A stretch of 64,000 nt of DNA from Patescibacteria group bacterium (GTDB lineage: Bacteria > Patescibacteriota > Patescibacteriia > UBA10025 > JBIOWE01). The notes beneath the pieces are model-generated. The model had not been told where the DNA came from. It made no database searches and worked only from the letters and a program-made list of their open reading frames with translations. This document shows, one piece after another, positions 28,572 to 38,119 of the stretch (positions are counted from its first letter, which is position 1; the number at the start of each line of letters is the position of its first letter). Location: the NCBI GenBank assembly GCA_044868145.1, contig JBIOWE010000004.1:269860-333859 (forward strand), read 5' to 3'. Made by a program: the position numbers and the translations under genes.

Positions 28572-29110
28572 GGTCGGTTGCGTAATTCAACTGACGTGGT
28601 GAGGGTCGAGGTGGCGGTATATTCTTCTCGCTGGTCAGGGTTAAGATGTTCAACGATCAGGTTGATGCCCAGATGCAGCGACTTCCCGTCAGCCGAGGAA
28701 AGATTTTTGAACGTAAGGTCTTTGATGACCACTTGGTTTGAACTCAAAGCGTACGGTCCGCGGGTACTCTCTTTCAGCCGGACAACGCCGTTGGAAACGT
28801 CGATAATAGTCGGGTCGTCGCTGCCATTTTGCATGGATAGCGAGAGAATATCGCCCGCGCTCTGGGGCAGCGCAAGATTGACATCGAGTGTCGAGGAGGG
28901 GTTAACGGCTTCTGCCAGCCGAATCTCCTTGGTTAGGTGATTCATAATGAATCGTCCATTCGCCTCAACTTCCTGCGTTGCTTGCGACTTTGTTTTTCCG
29001 CCGATCACGTTCCACGCAAACGTTGTCGCGGCAATCATGACGCCGGACACGATAGCGAGATAGATGAGCACTTCAATAAGGGTAAATCCTCTGTGGCGTT
29101 TATGGTTCAT
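28568..29110 (-). CDS. Minor pilin (prepilin-type N-terminal cleavage/methylation domain)
   Basis: MNHKRHRGFTLIEVLIYLAIVSGVMIA. Confidence 0.7.
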   Translation of the reverse strand: MNHKRHRGFTLIEVLIYLAIVSGVMIAATTFAWNVIGGKTKSQATQEVEANGRFIMNHLTKEIRLAEAVNPSSTLDVNLALPQSAGDILSLSMQNGSDDPTIIDVSNGVVRLKESTRGPYALSSNQVVIKDLTFKNLSSADGKSLHLGINLIVEHLNPDQREEYTATSTLTTSVELRNRP

Positions 29111-30983
29111 AATTGATGGTTACCTCTTGAACCGTCGGCGTTGCCGTTCCGTCGGATGTGAAAAAAAGTTTATATTGTATCCACTTGGAACCGGTTGCCC
29201 CGGGATCTGTTTGAATAATCTCGCCAGGGTTTGCGTAAGAGCTCGCGGATGTACCGTCCGGCCCCACCCACGTGGCGGTGGAGAGTCCAGCTTGTGTCGC
29301 AGATGTGCGCAGTTGCCACCGAAGCGTCGTGCCGACAGGAACAGTGGCATTCCATGCAATATAATTGAAAAGCGCCATGGACGATCCTGTGTCGAACGCT
29401 GCAGATTCGTATGAGCCCGATGCAGCGAAGGCCGTAGTACCGAGGCCTGTTATGCGTACCTCATCGAGAATGACTTGTTGGCTGCCGTTGGATGCGAAGA
29501 AGGCTTTGACTCGTATTTTCTGGTTCGTCGCAGGGAACGACGTAAAGTTTGTGTTTACGACCGAGGCAGTATTGTAGTTTCCAGCGGTTGCCGCAGCTGC
29601 CCAGCTCGTTCCGCTCCAATATCGCCACGTTGCACCGTCATCGTTTGAAAGCTGATAGTAGATCTCTCCGCCATTCTTGGTTGCTGTTTCGGCAAAGCTT
29701 TGCCACGAAGTGATAGGCCCTGTAAAAGAGGTTGTTGGCACGATCGTTGGTTTGTTTGTGTCGTATCCACCAGGCACTTGTTTTTCCCAGTGCAGTTTCG
29801 CATTATCATAGCCTACGGTGAATGGTCCAACGTTTGTATTGCCGGTTTCCAGCCACGCGGCGAGTTTCAGGTAATATGTGCCAACGGTCGCTACTTTGGA
29901 ACTTACGTTAATTGTCACCGGGCCAGTCCAGGATGCAGTGTTTGTGATGTGTTGACTCCATACGTTCGTGGGAATGGAGGGCGCTCCGGACGCTGAATCG
30001 ACGAAGGCGTAGAGGTATAAGGATATCGGCGATCCGGTAAAGGTGAGACTGCGCCAGTCCAACGTTAGCGTAGCAGTAGGATTAGCCACGGATGTGGTAA
30101 AATTTTGTTGCCAGTAGCCTCCCAATTCATCTTGTTTTCCCACAGGGAATGAAACATTAATCCAACCTCCTGGGTTACCATTTGTCGCAACTCGGGATCC
30201 GGTAACGTCCACCTCGCCAGCTCCCTGATCCCAATCATTGTATGTCCAAGACGTGGTACCAGTGTCAAAGCCCGCGTTCAACGTGTCGCCAGAAACGAGA
30301 CTGGTGAGTTGTTTGAGCCGCGCTTGTCCAGCCGTGACTTCAATCACGTTTCCGTCAAACGTATAGTCGGCTGCGTTGTTGAATGTTGAGGAAAAATTTT
30401 GTCCTTGGCTTGATCCTGTGAGTTGGATTTCTCCGCCTGCGTCATTCGTCGCTTGCGTATTCGTATGTGTACCTTGAGAAAAATCCGCTTGGGTTGTTTG
30501 TCGCCAATGCAGGGACCGCCAGTTCGTTAAGTAGGTTTCGAAGGTGATGGTTGAAGGTCGGAGCGGTGTAAAATCCCATTGAACGTTCGTGGTAATTTTT
30601 TTTGTATCAAAATCAATCGTACCACCGCTCGGGACGAGATTCCCGCTCACATCGCGGTGTGCGTACTCAACCTGTACGTTGCGCGTGAATTGATCAACGC
30701 TGTCGTTTGTACCGGCGAGCGCCCAAATGCCCGATTGATCCGACAAGCCAAAGGTCCCAGGTCGAACAAATTTCCATCCTTGATTCCGGATACTGCGAAG
30801 CGCTTCGATACTTTCTTGAGCAATGAGCGCCGCCTTCGTGCGTTCGCGGCCTTGCCGGTTCGCTGACTGCGCGTCCAGAATAAGGAAAACAACGCCGGAA
30901 ATCACCAGCGTGAAGACGGTCATGGCGACAAGGAGCTCAACCAGGGTGAACCCAGCACCACTTTTTATAAGTTGGTTGTTCAT
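29100..30983 (-). CDS. Large pilin-fusion protein: prepilin N-terminus plus a roughly 560-aa C-terminal domain (tip-adhesin/PilY1-like candidate)
   Basis: The prepilin motif KSGAGFTLVELLVAMTVF occurs at residue ~70 of the track ORF. Start moved to the ATG giving MNNQLIKSGAGFTLVELL at about 30983. The C-terminal region is Thr/Ser/Gly/Asn-rich and beta-rich. Confidence 0.7.
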   Translation of the reverse strand: MNNQLIKSGAGFTLVELLVAMTVFTLVISGVVFLILDAQSANRQGRERTKAALIAQESIEALRSIRNQGWKFVRPGTFGLSDQSGIWALAGTNDSVDQFTRNVQVEYAHRDVSGNLVPSGGTIDFDTKKITTNVQWDFTPLRPSTITFETYLTNWRSLHWRQTTQADFSQGTHTNTQATNDAGGEIQLTGSSQGQNFSSTFNNAADYTFDGNVIEVTAGQARLKQLTSLVSGDTLNAGFDTGTTSWTYNDWDQGAGEVDVTGSRVATNGNPGGWINVSFPVGKQDELGGYWQQNFTTSVANPTATLTLDWRSLTFTGSPISLYLYAFVDSASGAPSIPTNVWSQHITNTASWTGPVTINVSSKVATVGTYYLKLAAWLETGNTNVGPFTVGYDNAKLHWEKQVPGGYDTNKPTIVPTTSFTGPITSWQSFAETATKNGGEIYYQLSNDDGATWRYWSGTSWAAAATAGNYNTASVVNTNFTSFPATNQKIRVKAFFASNGSQQVILDEVRITGLGTTAFAASGSYESAAFDTGSSMALFNYIAWNATVPVGTTLRWQLRTSATQAGLSTATWVGPDGTSASSYANPGEIIQTDPGATGSKWIQYKLFFTSDGTATPTVQEVTINYEP

Positions 30984-31056
30984 TTCAAGAAATGCGTAGT
31001 TGTTTGTTGCAGTCCCTTTATGGTTTAGAAAGTTTTTCACAAAAAGTGGTGCTGGG

Positions 31057-31509
31057 TTAGAGTTGGTCAATTGTTCCCAGTTCATTGATGCGAAGGATAC
31101 GTGATTCGTTGGATGTGCTCGCGAGCGTGATCGTTCCGGTGACGCTTGGTACGCCTGTGCGGTGCGCAAAAATAACATCCGGCCCGAATGACGTCGAGAG
31201 CGAAAGGCTAGCCGGAATGTCTATTGTTTCATTCAGGGGATCGTTTGCGCCAAAGGCATTTCCGCGAAAAAGGGACGCTCCATTCGCTTGAACGTGAAGG
31301 CCAAACGTTTGGTTCGCATCGCCAGCTATGGCGCGCGCTTGGGCACGGCGCAGGGCCTGTACGAGTTCAAAATTCGTCGTGTCGACTTGGTTCGATACTT
31401 GAAAATTTTGATACACTGTCGCGCCAAAGCCCGCAAGAATACCAATTAAGGTGATGACGATTAACGTCTCGACGAGTGTAAAACCAGCTCGTTGTTTGGA
31501 AGTATGCAT
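31057..31509 (-). CDS. Minor pilin (prepilin-type)
   Basis: MHTSKQRAGFTLVETLIVITLIGILAGF. Confidence 0.7.
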   Translation of the reverse strand: MHTSKQRAGFTLVETLIVITLIGILAGFGATVYQNFQVSNQVDTTNFELVQALRRAQARAIAGDANQTFGLHVQANGASLFRGNAFGANDPLNETIDIPASLSLSTSFGPDVIFAHRTGVPSVTGTITLASTSNESRILRINELGTIDQL

Positions 31510-31577
31510 ATAGCTTATAGCGTATTGCTTATAGTATGTCGGTGCGTTACGATATGCTATAAGCTATAGGCCATACG

Positions 31578-32792
31578 CTATCTTCGGAGCGAGCCCGAGA
31601 TTTGATAGATCGGCGTAATGATGGCAATGGCAAGTCCTCCCAACACAACGCCAATCACAATGAGGAGTGCCGGTTCAATGATAACGGCAAGGTTTTTTGT
31701 CGCATGGTCAACCTCATCTTCATAAAAGCGGGCAAGGTAGAGGAGGCTTTCGTCCAGCTGGCCTGTTTTTTCTCCCACCGCGGTCATGCGCGATACCATG
31801 CGCGGGAACAGTTGTTCATGTTCATCGAACACATCGCCGAGCGAGCGACCGCGTTGCACCTGTTCCCATGCGGACCGGAACACGTCCTTGTACACGGCAT
31901 TGCCGACGGTTTGCTCGGTGATGCGGAGCGCTTCCAGGATCGGAATGCCGCTTTTGAGGAGCGTACCGAGAACATGGGTACATCGGGCAAGGTTAATGTT
32001 CGTCGCAAGCCTTTTGACAAAAGGCGTTTTGAGGTAGACCCTGTGAAACATCGGCTGCGTTGGTTTCCACCGTGCGAGAAAACGCAGTGCCCCCATCCCG
32101 GCAATAAGCCCGAGGAATACGACGATTCCCCAGCGAGCCATGAATTTCGCAACGCTCACGAGCGCCCTTGTGAGCGGCGGAAGTTCGATGCGCAGGTTCG
32201 TAAACAGTGTGACAAGTTTCGGCAAGATGAACACCGACAAGAACGCGCCGAGCAGAAATGTCGCGATGAGTATAATGGCCGGGTAAATCATTGCGCCGCG
32301 TACGCGTTTTTTCAATTCGTATTCTTTTTCGAGCTCGGTCGCGAGATATTCGAGCGTTCGATCTAGTGTGCCGCTTTCTTCGCCGACCTTCACCATGCTG
32401 ACGATCAGTTCACTGAACACGCGCGGATGTTGGCTCAAGCTTGACGCAAGCGTGCTGCCGTTCATCACATTGCCCAGGACACTTCCAATGACGGACTGCA
32501 TCCTGCGCGATGACGTCTCGTTCATCACAATGTCGAGCGCTTCGGAAAGCGCAATACCGGATTTCAGCATGATCGCAAGATGTTTGACGAACAACATGCG
32601 ATCAACGCCCGACACTCGGCCAATGCGTAATTCAAGTTCCCCCCACCTAACGCCCGAATGTTTTTCCGCAAGCGTTAATACCGAAAGATCCTCCTGGTGG
32701 AGGATTTGTTCCGCGTCCGTGCGGCTCGGGGACTCAATGGTTCCGGAGCGTATTTTTCCTTCTTTCGTCGAAGCTTTGTACGCAAAGCGCAT
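31578..32792 (-). CDS. pilC: Type IV pilus assembly platform protein PilC (GspF family)
   Basis: Two GspF repeats and polytopic membrane regions. Start moved to MRFAYKAST, overlapping the pilB stop by about 1 nt. The track ORF extends to 32864 inside pilB. Confidence 0.85.
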   Translation of the reverse strand: MRFAYKASTKEGKIRSGTIESPSRTDAEQILHQEDLSVLTLAEKHSGVRWGELELRIGRVSGVDRMLFVKHLAIMLKSGIALSEALDIVMNETSSRRMQSVIGSVLGNVMNGSTLASSLSQHPRVFSELIVSMVKVGEESGTLDRTLEYLATELEKEYELKKRVRGAMIYPAIILIATFLLGAFLSVFILPKLVTLFTNLRIELPPLTRALVSVAKFMARWGIVVFLGLIAGMGALRFLARWKPTQPMFHRVYLKTPFVKRLATNINLARCTHVLGTLLKSGIPILEALRITEQTVGNAVYKDVFRSAWEQVQRGRSLGDVFDEHEQLFPRMVSRMTAVGEKTGQLDESLLYLARFYEDEVDHATKNLAVIIEPALLIVIGVVLGGLAIAIITPIYQISGSLRR

Positions 32793-32793
32793 A

Positions 32794-34482
32794 TTATTCT
32801 TTTGTGACGCGCAGTACCTCCTTGAGCGTTGTTTTTCCTGCGAGCACTTTTCGAATGCCGTCATGCAGCATGGTGGTCATGCCTTCTCGTACCGCCTGCG
32901 CCTGGATTACGTCGCTTGACGACTTCTGCATAATGAGGGAGCGAATCCCTTCGCTGACTTCTAGGACTTCAAAAACGCCTACGCGTCCCGAGTAACCGGT
33001 GTTGCCGCACAGCTTGCACCCTTTGCCGCGATACAGGCGTGCGGTCTTTTCAACTAGGGCGAATTTTTTCGCGGCTTCCTCGCCCCCGAGTAAACGGGTG
33101 ATTGTTTGCAGCTCGTTCGGCGACGGCGTATAGCTTTCAATGCAGCCTTGGTGAATCCGACGCACGAGCCTTTGTCCAATTGCCACGTTCACCGTGGACG
33201 CGACGAGAAACTGCTCAATGTGCATGTCGAGCAGGCGAGGCAAGGTGGTTGCCGCGTCGTTTGTATGCAGCGTGGACAGGACAAGATGGCCGGTCATGGC
33301 GGAATTGATCGCAATGGAAGCGGTTTCTTCATCGCGGATTTCACCGACCATAATGATATCCGGGTCTTGCCGCAAGATAGAACGTAGCCCGTGCGCGAAC
33401 GTTAAATTGGTTCGCGGGTTCACCTGGATTTGATTCACGCCTTCCATGTCGTATTCGACCGGATCCTCGATCGTGGAGATGTTCACCTCCCGAGTGTTCA
33501 GAACCTTGAGAATCGCATAGAGTGTTGTCGTTTTTCCTGATCCCGTTGGCCCCGTTGCAAGGATCATTCCGTAGGGTTTTTGGAAATTACTCCGCACTTT
33601 TTCCAAGTCTTCTTTGGACATGCCGAGTTCTTCGAGACTAAACTGCCGTGACTTTTCGGAAAGCAGACGCATGACGACTTTTTCGCCGTCATACACCGGC
33701 ACGATCGATACGCGAATGTCTACGACCTTCCCCTCGAATTCTTTTTGGAACTTTCCGTCTTGGGCAGAACGGTGTTCGTCCGTGCGGAGTTTTGAAAGGA
33801 TTTTCACGCGCGTCACGAGGGAATCATGCAGCCGTTTTGGCAATGACACAACGTCGTGCAGAACGCTGTCGATCCGAAAACGGACAACCGTTTTCTTTTC
33901 GAGGGGTTCGATATGGACGTCGGAGGCGTTGTTGTCATAGGCATATTCGAGAATCGTGCTCAGAATCTGCACAAGGGATATGTCTTCCGCTTTTGCGCCA
34001 TCTGCTTTGGAGATATGCTGCTTGATGATGGTGTCGAATTCCGCGGCAAGACCCCTCCGATAGCGCGAAAGGACGGAACGCATATCATTTCCCGTGGCAT
34101 AGAAGGTAAGAATCGTTTCTCCGGTCTTTTTTTTCAACAGCTGAATGATCTCGGTATTTTCAGGATCATTGACGGCGACTTTGATGCCGTCGGCGCTGCG
34201 CTCGAAGGGAATCACATACTGCTTCCGCGCGACAAGTTCCGGAACAACACGTAAAACATCATCGGCAATACTTCGTTTTTCCAAATTGACGAACGGCAAC
34301 TCGTATAAATCCGCGATGATTTCGCCAAGATGTTCATCAGCGATGAGATCTTCTTCAACCAAAACATCCTCCAAGGGCTTGCCTTGTTCTTGGGCTGTTG
34401 CCGAAGCTTTCTCGAGCTTTTCCGCCGGAACGAGATCGCTTTCCAAAAGTATTTTTTTCAGACCCTCCGAGTCCACGGGCAT
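32794..34482 (-). CDS. pilB: Type IV pilus assembly ATPase PilB (GspE family)
   Basis: Walker A GPTGSGKTTTLYA, GEIRDEETASIAINSAMTGHLVLSTLHTNDA, 562 aa. Confidence 0.9.
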   Translation of the reverse strand: MPVDSEGLKKILLESDLVPAEKLEKASATAQEQGKPLEDVLVEEDLIADEHLGEIIADLYELPFVNLEKRSIADDVLRVVPELVARKQYVIPFERSADGIKVAVNDPENTEIIQLLKKKTGETILTFYATGNDMRSVLSRYRRGLAAEFDTIIKQHISKADGAKAEDISLVQILSTILEYAYDNNASDVHIEPLEKKTVVRFRIDSVLHDVVSLPKRLHDSLVTRVKILSKLRTDEHRSAQDGKFQKEFEGKVVDIRVSIVPVYDGEKVVMRLLSEKSRQFSLEELGMSKEDLEKVRSNFQKPYGMILATGPTGSGKTTTLYAILKVLNTREVNISTIEDPVEYDMEGVNQIQVNPRTNLTFAHGLRSILRQDPDIIMVGEIRDEETASIAINSAMTGHLVLSTLHTNDAATTLPRLLDMHIEQFLVASTVNVAIGQRLVRRIHQGCIESYTPSPNELQTITRLLGGEEAAKKFALVEKTARLYRGKGCKLCGNTGYSGRVGVFEVLEVSEGIRSLIMQKSSSDVIQAQAVREGMTTMLHDGIRKVLAGKTTLKEVLRVTKE

Positions 34483-34483
34483 A

Positions 34484-34873
34484 TTATTGCGGGAGATACT
34501 TTTCGATTTTGCTAATAAGATTGACGAGACTGACGTTTGACTTCATCAGGTAATCTTTTGCGCCGAGAGAAAAACCGCGCTGGATATCTGATTCTTGTCC
34601 GAGATTCGACAGAATAATGACCGGTATGTCTTTCGTTGCCGGGTCTTTCTTCAATTCCGTCAGCACTTGAAAGCCGTCCTTTCCAGGTAGGATGAGGTCA
34701 AGCAGGATCAAGGCGGGTTTTTCCATGGTCGCTTTATGCAACCCTTCTTCGCCCGTGATGGCGATGGATACGTCGAAGTTGCTTCGACGGAGTTTATTCC
34801 CGTATATCTTCCCGATAGAGAGGTCGTCCTCGATGAGGAGGATTTTACGTTGGTTTTGTTCCATATGGTTCAA
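34484..34873 (-). CDS. Single-domain response regulator (CheY-like receiver)
   Basis: KILLIEDDLSIGKI...ALILLDLILPGKDGFQVL...K receiver signature. Confidence 0.8.
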   Translation of the reverse strand: MNHMEQNQRKILLIEDDLSIGKIYGNKLRRSNFDVSIAITGEEGLHKATMEKPALILLDLILPGKDGFQVLTELKKDPATKDIPVIILSNLGQESDIQRGFSLGAKDYLMKSNVSLVNLISKIEKYLPQ

Positions 34874-35666
34874 TAGGAAATGAGCAAAAAACGGCTGTGC
34901 CTTTGCCTTCTACCGATTCGAGCCAGATTCTGCCGCCCGAGGCTTCGACGAACAATTTTGCGACAAAAAGCCCAAGCCCGGACCCCTTTGCGTCGCGTTG
35001 CAGAACGTTTCGCGCGCGGAAAAATTTGGTGAAAAGCTCGTTTTGTTGATCTTTCGGAATGCCGACGCCGTCATCGCGGCACGTCAGGAGTAGGGTTGCG
35101 CCCTTTTGTTCGATCGTAACAGTCGCCGCGCCGCCTTTTTTTGAATATTTCAATGCGTTCGAAAGGATGTTCTGGATCGCTTGTCTCAATTTGATAGGAT
35201 CGACGAGAGCGTGAGGCAGCGGGCTCGCCGGTTTGCGAAACGCCAATGTCGTGTTGACCGCGCGACTGAACGTCTGCATCTCGTCGACGACGTCGCCGAC
35301 CATCTCTGCGAGGTCAACCGGCTCGCGATGGATCGCGACTTTGCCTTTTTCCATCTGCGTGACGTTCAGGTAGTCATTCACCAGGTCAATCATTTCATTA
35401 TTAATCGAAAGCGCCTCGCTCATGTATTCGTGCTGGCCTTCATTCAATTCTCCGCGATCGCCAGTGAGAAGCGATTCAAGATATCCCTTGATAATAGTGA
35501 GCGGAGTTCGCAGTTGGTGACTCATGATAGAGATGAAACTCGTTCTGTGCTCCTCCGCAAGTTTTATTTCGCGTCGTCGGTTCTCGCGGCGCTTCCTTTT
35601 CGCTCGCAACAAAAAAACAATTCCGAGAACGAGAAGAATTGTTTCTACAATGACAACTGTTTGCAT
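34845..35666 (-). CDS. Sensor histidine kinase (HisKA plus HATPase_c, single N-terminal TM)
   Basis: H-box SHQLRTPLTIIKGY, N-box NILSNALKYS, G-boxes DDGVGI and GSGLGL. Confidence 0.8.
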   Translation of the reverse strand: MQTVVIVETILLVLGIVFLLRAKRKRRENRRREIKLAEEHRTSFISIMSHQLRTPLTIIKGYLESLLTGDRGELNEGQHEYMSEALSINNEMIDLVNDYLNVTQMEKGKVAIHREPVDLAEMVGDVVDEMQTFSRAVNTTLAFRKPASPLPHALVDPIKLRQAIQNILSNALKYSKKGGAATVTIEQKGATLLLTCRDDGVGIPKDQQNELFTKFFRARNVLQRDAKGSGLGLFVAKLFVEASGGRIWLESVEGKGTAVFCSFPIEPYGTKPT

Positions 35667-35766
35667 AATTTTTTTATTTTTTTGTATCTAAATCATATCA
35701 GAAATTGTTCATTTTGTCAATCTTCGATGTACGATATTTTTTCATTAATTCACCCTTTTTTGCGTT

Positions 35767-35795
35767 TTGACAAAGAAGGTTTTTTATGCTACAAT
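35767..35795 (+). promoter_or_regulatory. Sigma70-like promoter TTGACA-N17-TACAAT upstream of pilT
   Basis: tTTGACAaagaaggttttttatgcTACAATgt. A leader of about 150 nt follows, containing the hairpin acgctt...aagcgt plus a T-run just before the pilT ATG. Confidence 0.55.
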
Positions 35796-35952
35796 GTATA
35801 CAGAAAACAAAAATAAAACGAAATGGCAAAAACAAAAAAGATAGCCAATCTTCCTATTGTATTTTCTGTATTTGGACACACGATGTATTATGGACGAAGA
35901 CAAACGCTTTTTTCCGTGGAAAAACTGAAGCGTTTTTTCTTTACAAAAAAAT

Positions 35953-36996
35953 ATGTTAAAGATCGACGAATTATTTAAAGAAGCGATTAAGCGAAAAGCG
36001 TCCGACATTCATTTGATTGTCGGCAAGAAACCCATTTTGCGTATTGACGGCGAACTGGGAGAAATTCAGCGATTTGGTGTGATCGGTCAAAAAGACGCAG
36101 AAGCGCTTGTGTATGCCATGATGACCGAACGTCAGCGCAATTCGTTTCTCACCGAGCGCGATCTCGACATGTCGTATGAAATTAAAGGTGAAGGCCGCTT
36201 CCGCGTTAACTGTCATTACGAGCGCGACAACGTCGGCTTGGTCGCGCGTCTGATTTCCGGGACGATCCCAACGCTTGAAGAGCTCTATATGCCAAAAATC
36301 GTTTACGACCTGTTGCGCATGAAGCAGGGACTTATTTTGGTTACCGGTCCGACCGGCTGCGGAAAATCAACGTCGCTCGCGGCGATGATTAACCTTATCA
36401 ACCAGGAGCGCGCCACGAACATCATTACGCTCGAAGACCCGATTGAGTTCATTTATCCGCCGAACTCCGGCAGGAGCATTATTAAGCAGCGACAACTTGG
36501 CACGGACATGGTGTCGTTCGCTCAGGCTTTGAAGCATGTGCTCCGCCAAGACCCGAACGTTATTCTGGTCGGTGAGATGCGCGACCTGGAAACGATCGGC
36601 GCAACCATCACGCTCGCGGAAACCGGGCATCTGGTGCTCGCGACCTTGCACACGTACAACGCTGGCCAAACGGTTGACCGTATTATTGACGTGTTTCCGC
36701 CGTTCCAACAGTCTCAAGTTCGCCTGCAGCTTTCCCTGTTCTTGAAAGGGATTATTTCGCAGCAGCTGTTGCCGATGAAAGCCGGCGGACGCATTGCGGC
36801 GCGTGAAATTTTGATTAATACGCCGGCAATTTCCAACCTGGTCCGAGAAAACAAAATCGCCCAGATTAAAACCGTTATTCAAACGTCCGCAGACGAAGGC
36901 ATGTTTACCATAGACCAGGATTTACGGCGGTTATACGAAGAAGGCATGATTTCCAAAGAAGTCGCCAAAAGCTACGGCGCGACCGATTTTACGTAA
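35953..36996 (+). CDS. pilT: Twitching motility ATPase PilT
   Basis: Walker A GPTGCGKSTSLAAMI and ILVGEMRDLETIGATITLAETGHLVLATLHT. Confidence 0.9.
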   Translation: MLKIDELFKEAIKRKASDIHLIVGKKPILRIDGELGEIQRFGVIGQKDAEALVYAMMTERQRNSFLTERDLDMSYEIKGEGRFRVNCHYERDNVGLVARLISGTIPTLEELYMPKIVYDLLRMKQGLILVTGPTGCGKSTSLAAMINLINQERATNIITLEDPIEFIYPPNSGRSIIKQRQLGTDMVSFAQALKHVLRQDPNVILVGEMRDLETIGATITLAETGHLVLATLHTYNAGQTVDRIIDVFPPFQQSQVRLQLSLFLKGIISQQLLPMKAGGRIAAREILINTPAISNLVRENKIAQIKTVIQTSADEGMFTIDQDLRRLYEEGMISKEVAKSYGATDFT

Positions 36997-37070
36997 GAAG
37001 AAAGTAACTAGAAACAAGCAAAATCCCCAGGAACGGGGATTTTTTTGTGTTGGTTGGTGTATACTAATAA

Positions 37071-37895
37071 GTGCGTATGAATCTACTGGACGGAAAAAGA
37101 GTGGGGTGGGTGATGGTAACGCTACTCATTCTCATACTTGGATTAGGTGCCTCGCAGGCCCTGCTGCAGTCAAAAGTTGCCGGCGGCCTGTTTACTACCG
37201 TTATAGTTGTAGCCGCGATGTACGGTATCTATATATATGCTGCGAAAGCAACTGACCTGAAAATTTGGGCACATCAGAATGAACTGAATTATGCGCAGCA
37301 AGGTATGCGCGCAATGATCGATGTCCGGCTTGCATCGAGCCCGGGAAAACATTTTTTTAATGCTCGGTCACTGATCAAGAGCGCAGCAAATCCTGCGATC
37401 CCACTGACCGTGGGCGGAATCCTATCTCCGTTGACTGATCTGAATCCGGCGAAGATTACCGGACCGGTGGCTTATGGCACGATCGAGAATCGCCCGGTTT
37501 GGATATGGCCGCTCGTGGTTCAACTGTTTGGCGTGTCTGTGAGTAAACGACCCTTCCTTGGCTGGTGTTTCGAGCTTAGTACGCACACCATTCCTGTCAG
37601 GGTTCTTGTCACGCGGAAGTTCATCGGGAGTCGCGATACGCTTGACACCGAAAGCACGTCTTTTGAGAAACTCTATGAGATTTCAGGGCAGCGAGATCAT
37701 TCAATCCTCCAGCTGCTCGACCCGGTAATGATGGAATTGATTCTGCATTCACAAATTTCCGCGCTTGAATTTTCCGATCGGAGCGTTGTGCTTTACCATA
37801 CGATTCCGCCACCGCGTAAGGAAACACTGGATACCTATCTTTACTGGGGCATTAAGATTGCGGAACAGGTTGACCGGAATTTTCCTATAGGCTAG
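37071..37895 (+). CDS. Hypothetical membrane protein
   Basis: 274 aa with two N-terminal TM helices. Followed by the terminator cccttcatgaactgaaggg plus a T-run at about 37957-37992. Confidence 0.55.
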   Translation: MRMNLLDGKRVGWVMVTLLILILGLGASQALLQSKVAGGLFTTVIVVAAMYGIYIYAAKATDLKIWAHQNELNYAQQGMRAMIDVRLASSPGKHFFNARSLIKSAANPAIPLTVGGILSPLTDLNPAKITGPVAYGTIENRPVWIWPLVVQLFGVSVSKRPFLGWCFELSTHTIPVRVLVTRKFIGSRDTLDTESTSFEKLYEISGQRDHSILQLLDPVMMELILHSQISALEFSDRSVVLYHTIPPPRKETLDTYLYWGIKIAEQVDRNFPIG

Positions 37896-38029
37896 CCAGT
37901 ATGACGATGAAAGAGGTGTAGAATTAATAAACTCCACCCGATCTTGTCGCAAATAAAAACCCCTTCATGAACTGAAGGGTTGATTTTTTGTTTACCCCAT
38001 GTTATTTTAGTGAGGCATTTTCACATTAT

Positions 38030-38102
38030 GCGCCCGTAGCTCAATGGATAGAGCGCATGGCTTCGGACCATGAGGTTGGGGGTTCGACTCCCTTCGGGCG
38101 CG
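38030..38102 (+). tRNA. tRNA-Arg (anticodon TCG)
   Basis: Acceptor gcgcccg/cgggcgc, D-arm gctc-aatggata-gagc, anticodon arm catgg-cttcgga-ccatg, T-arm ggggg-ttcgact-ccctt. Confidence 0.8.
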
Positions 38103-38119
38103 CGAACAATTTCAGTTTC

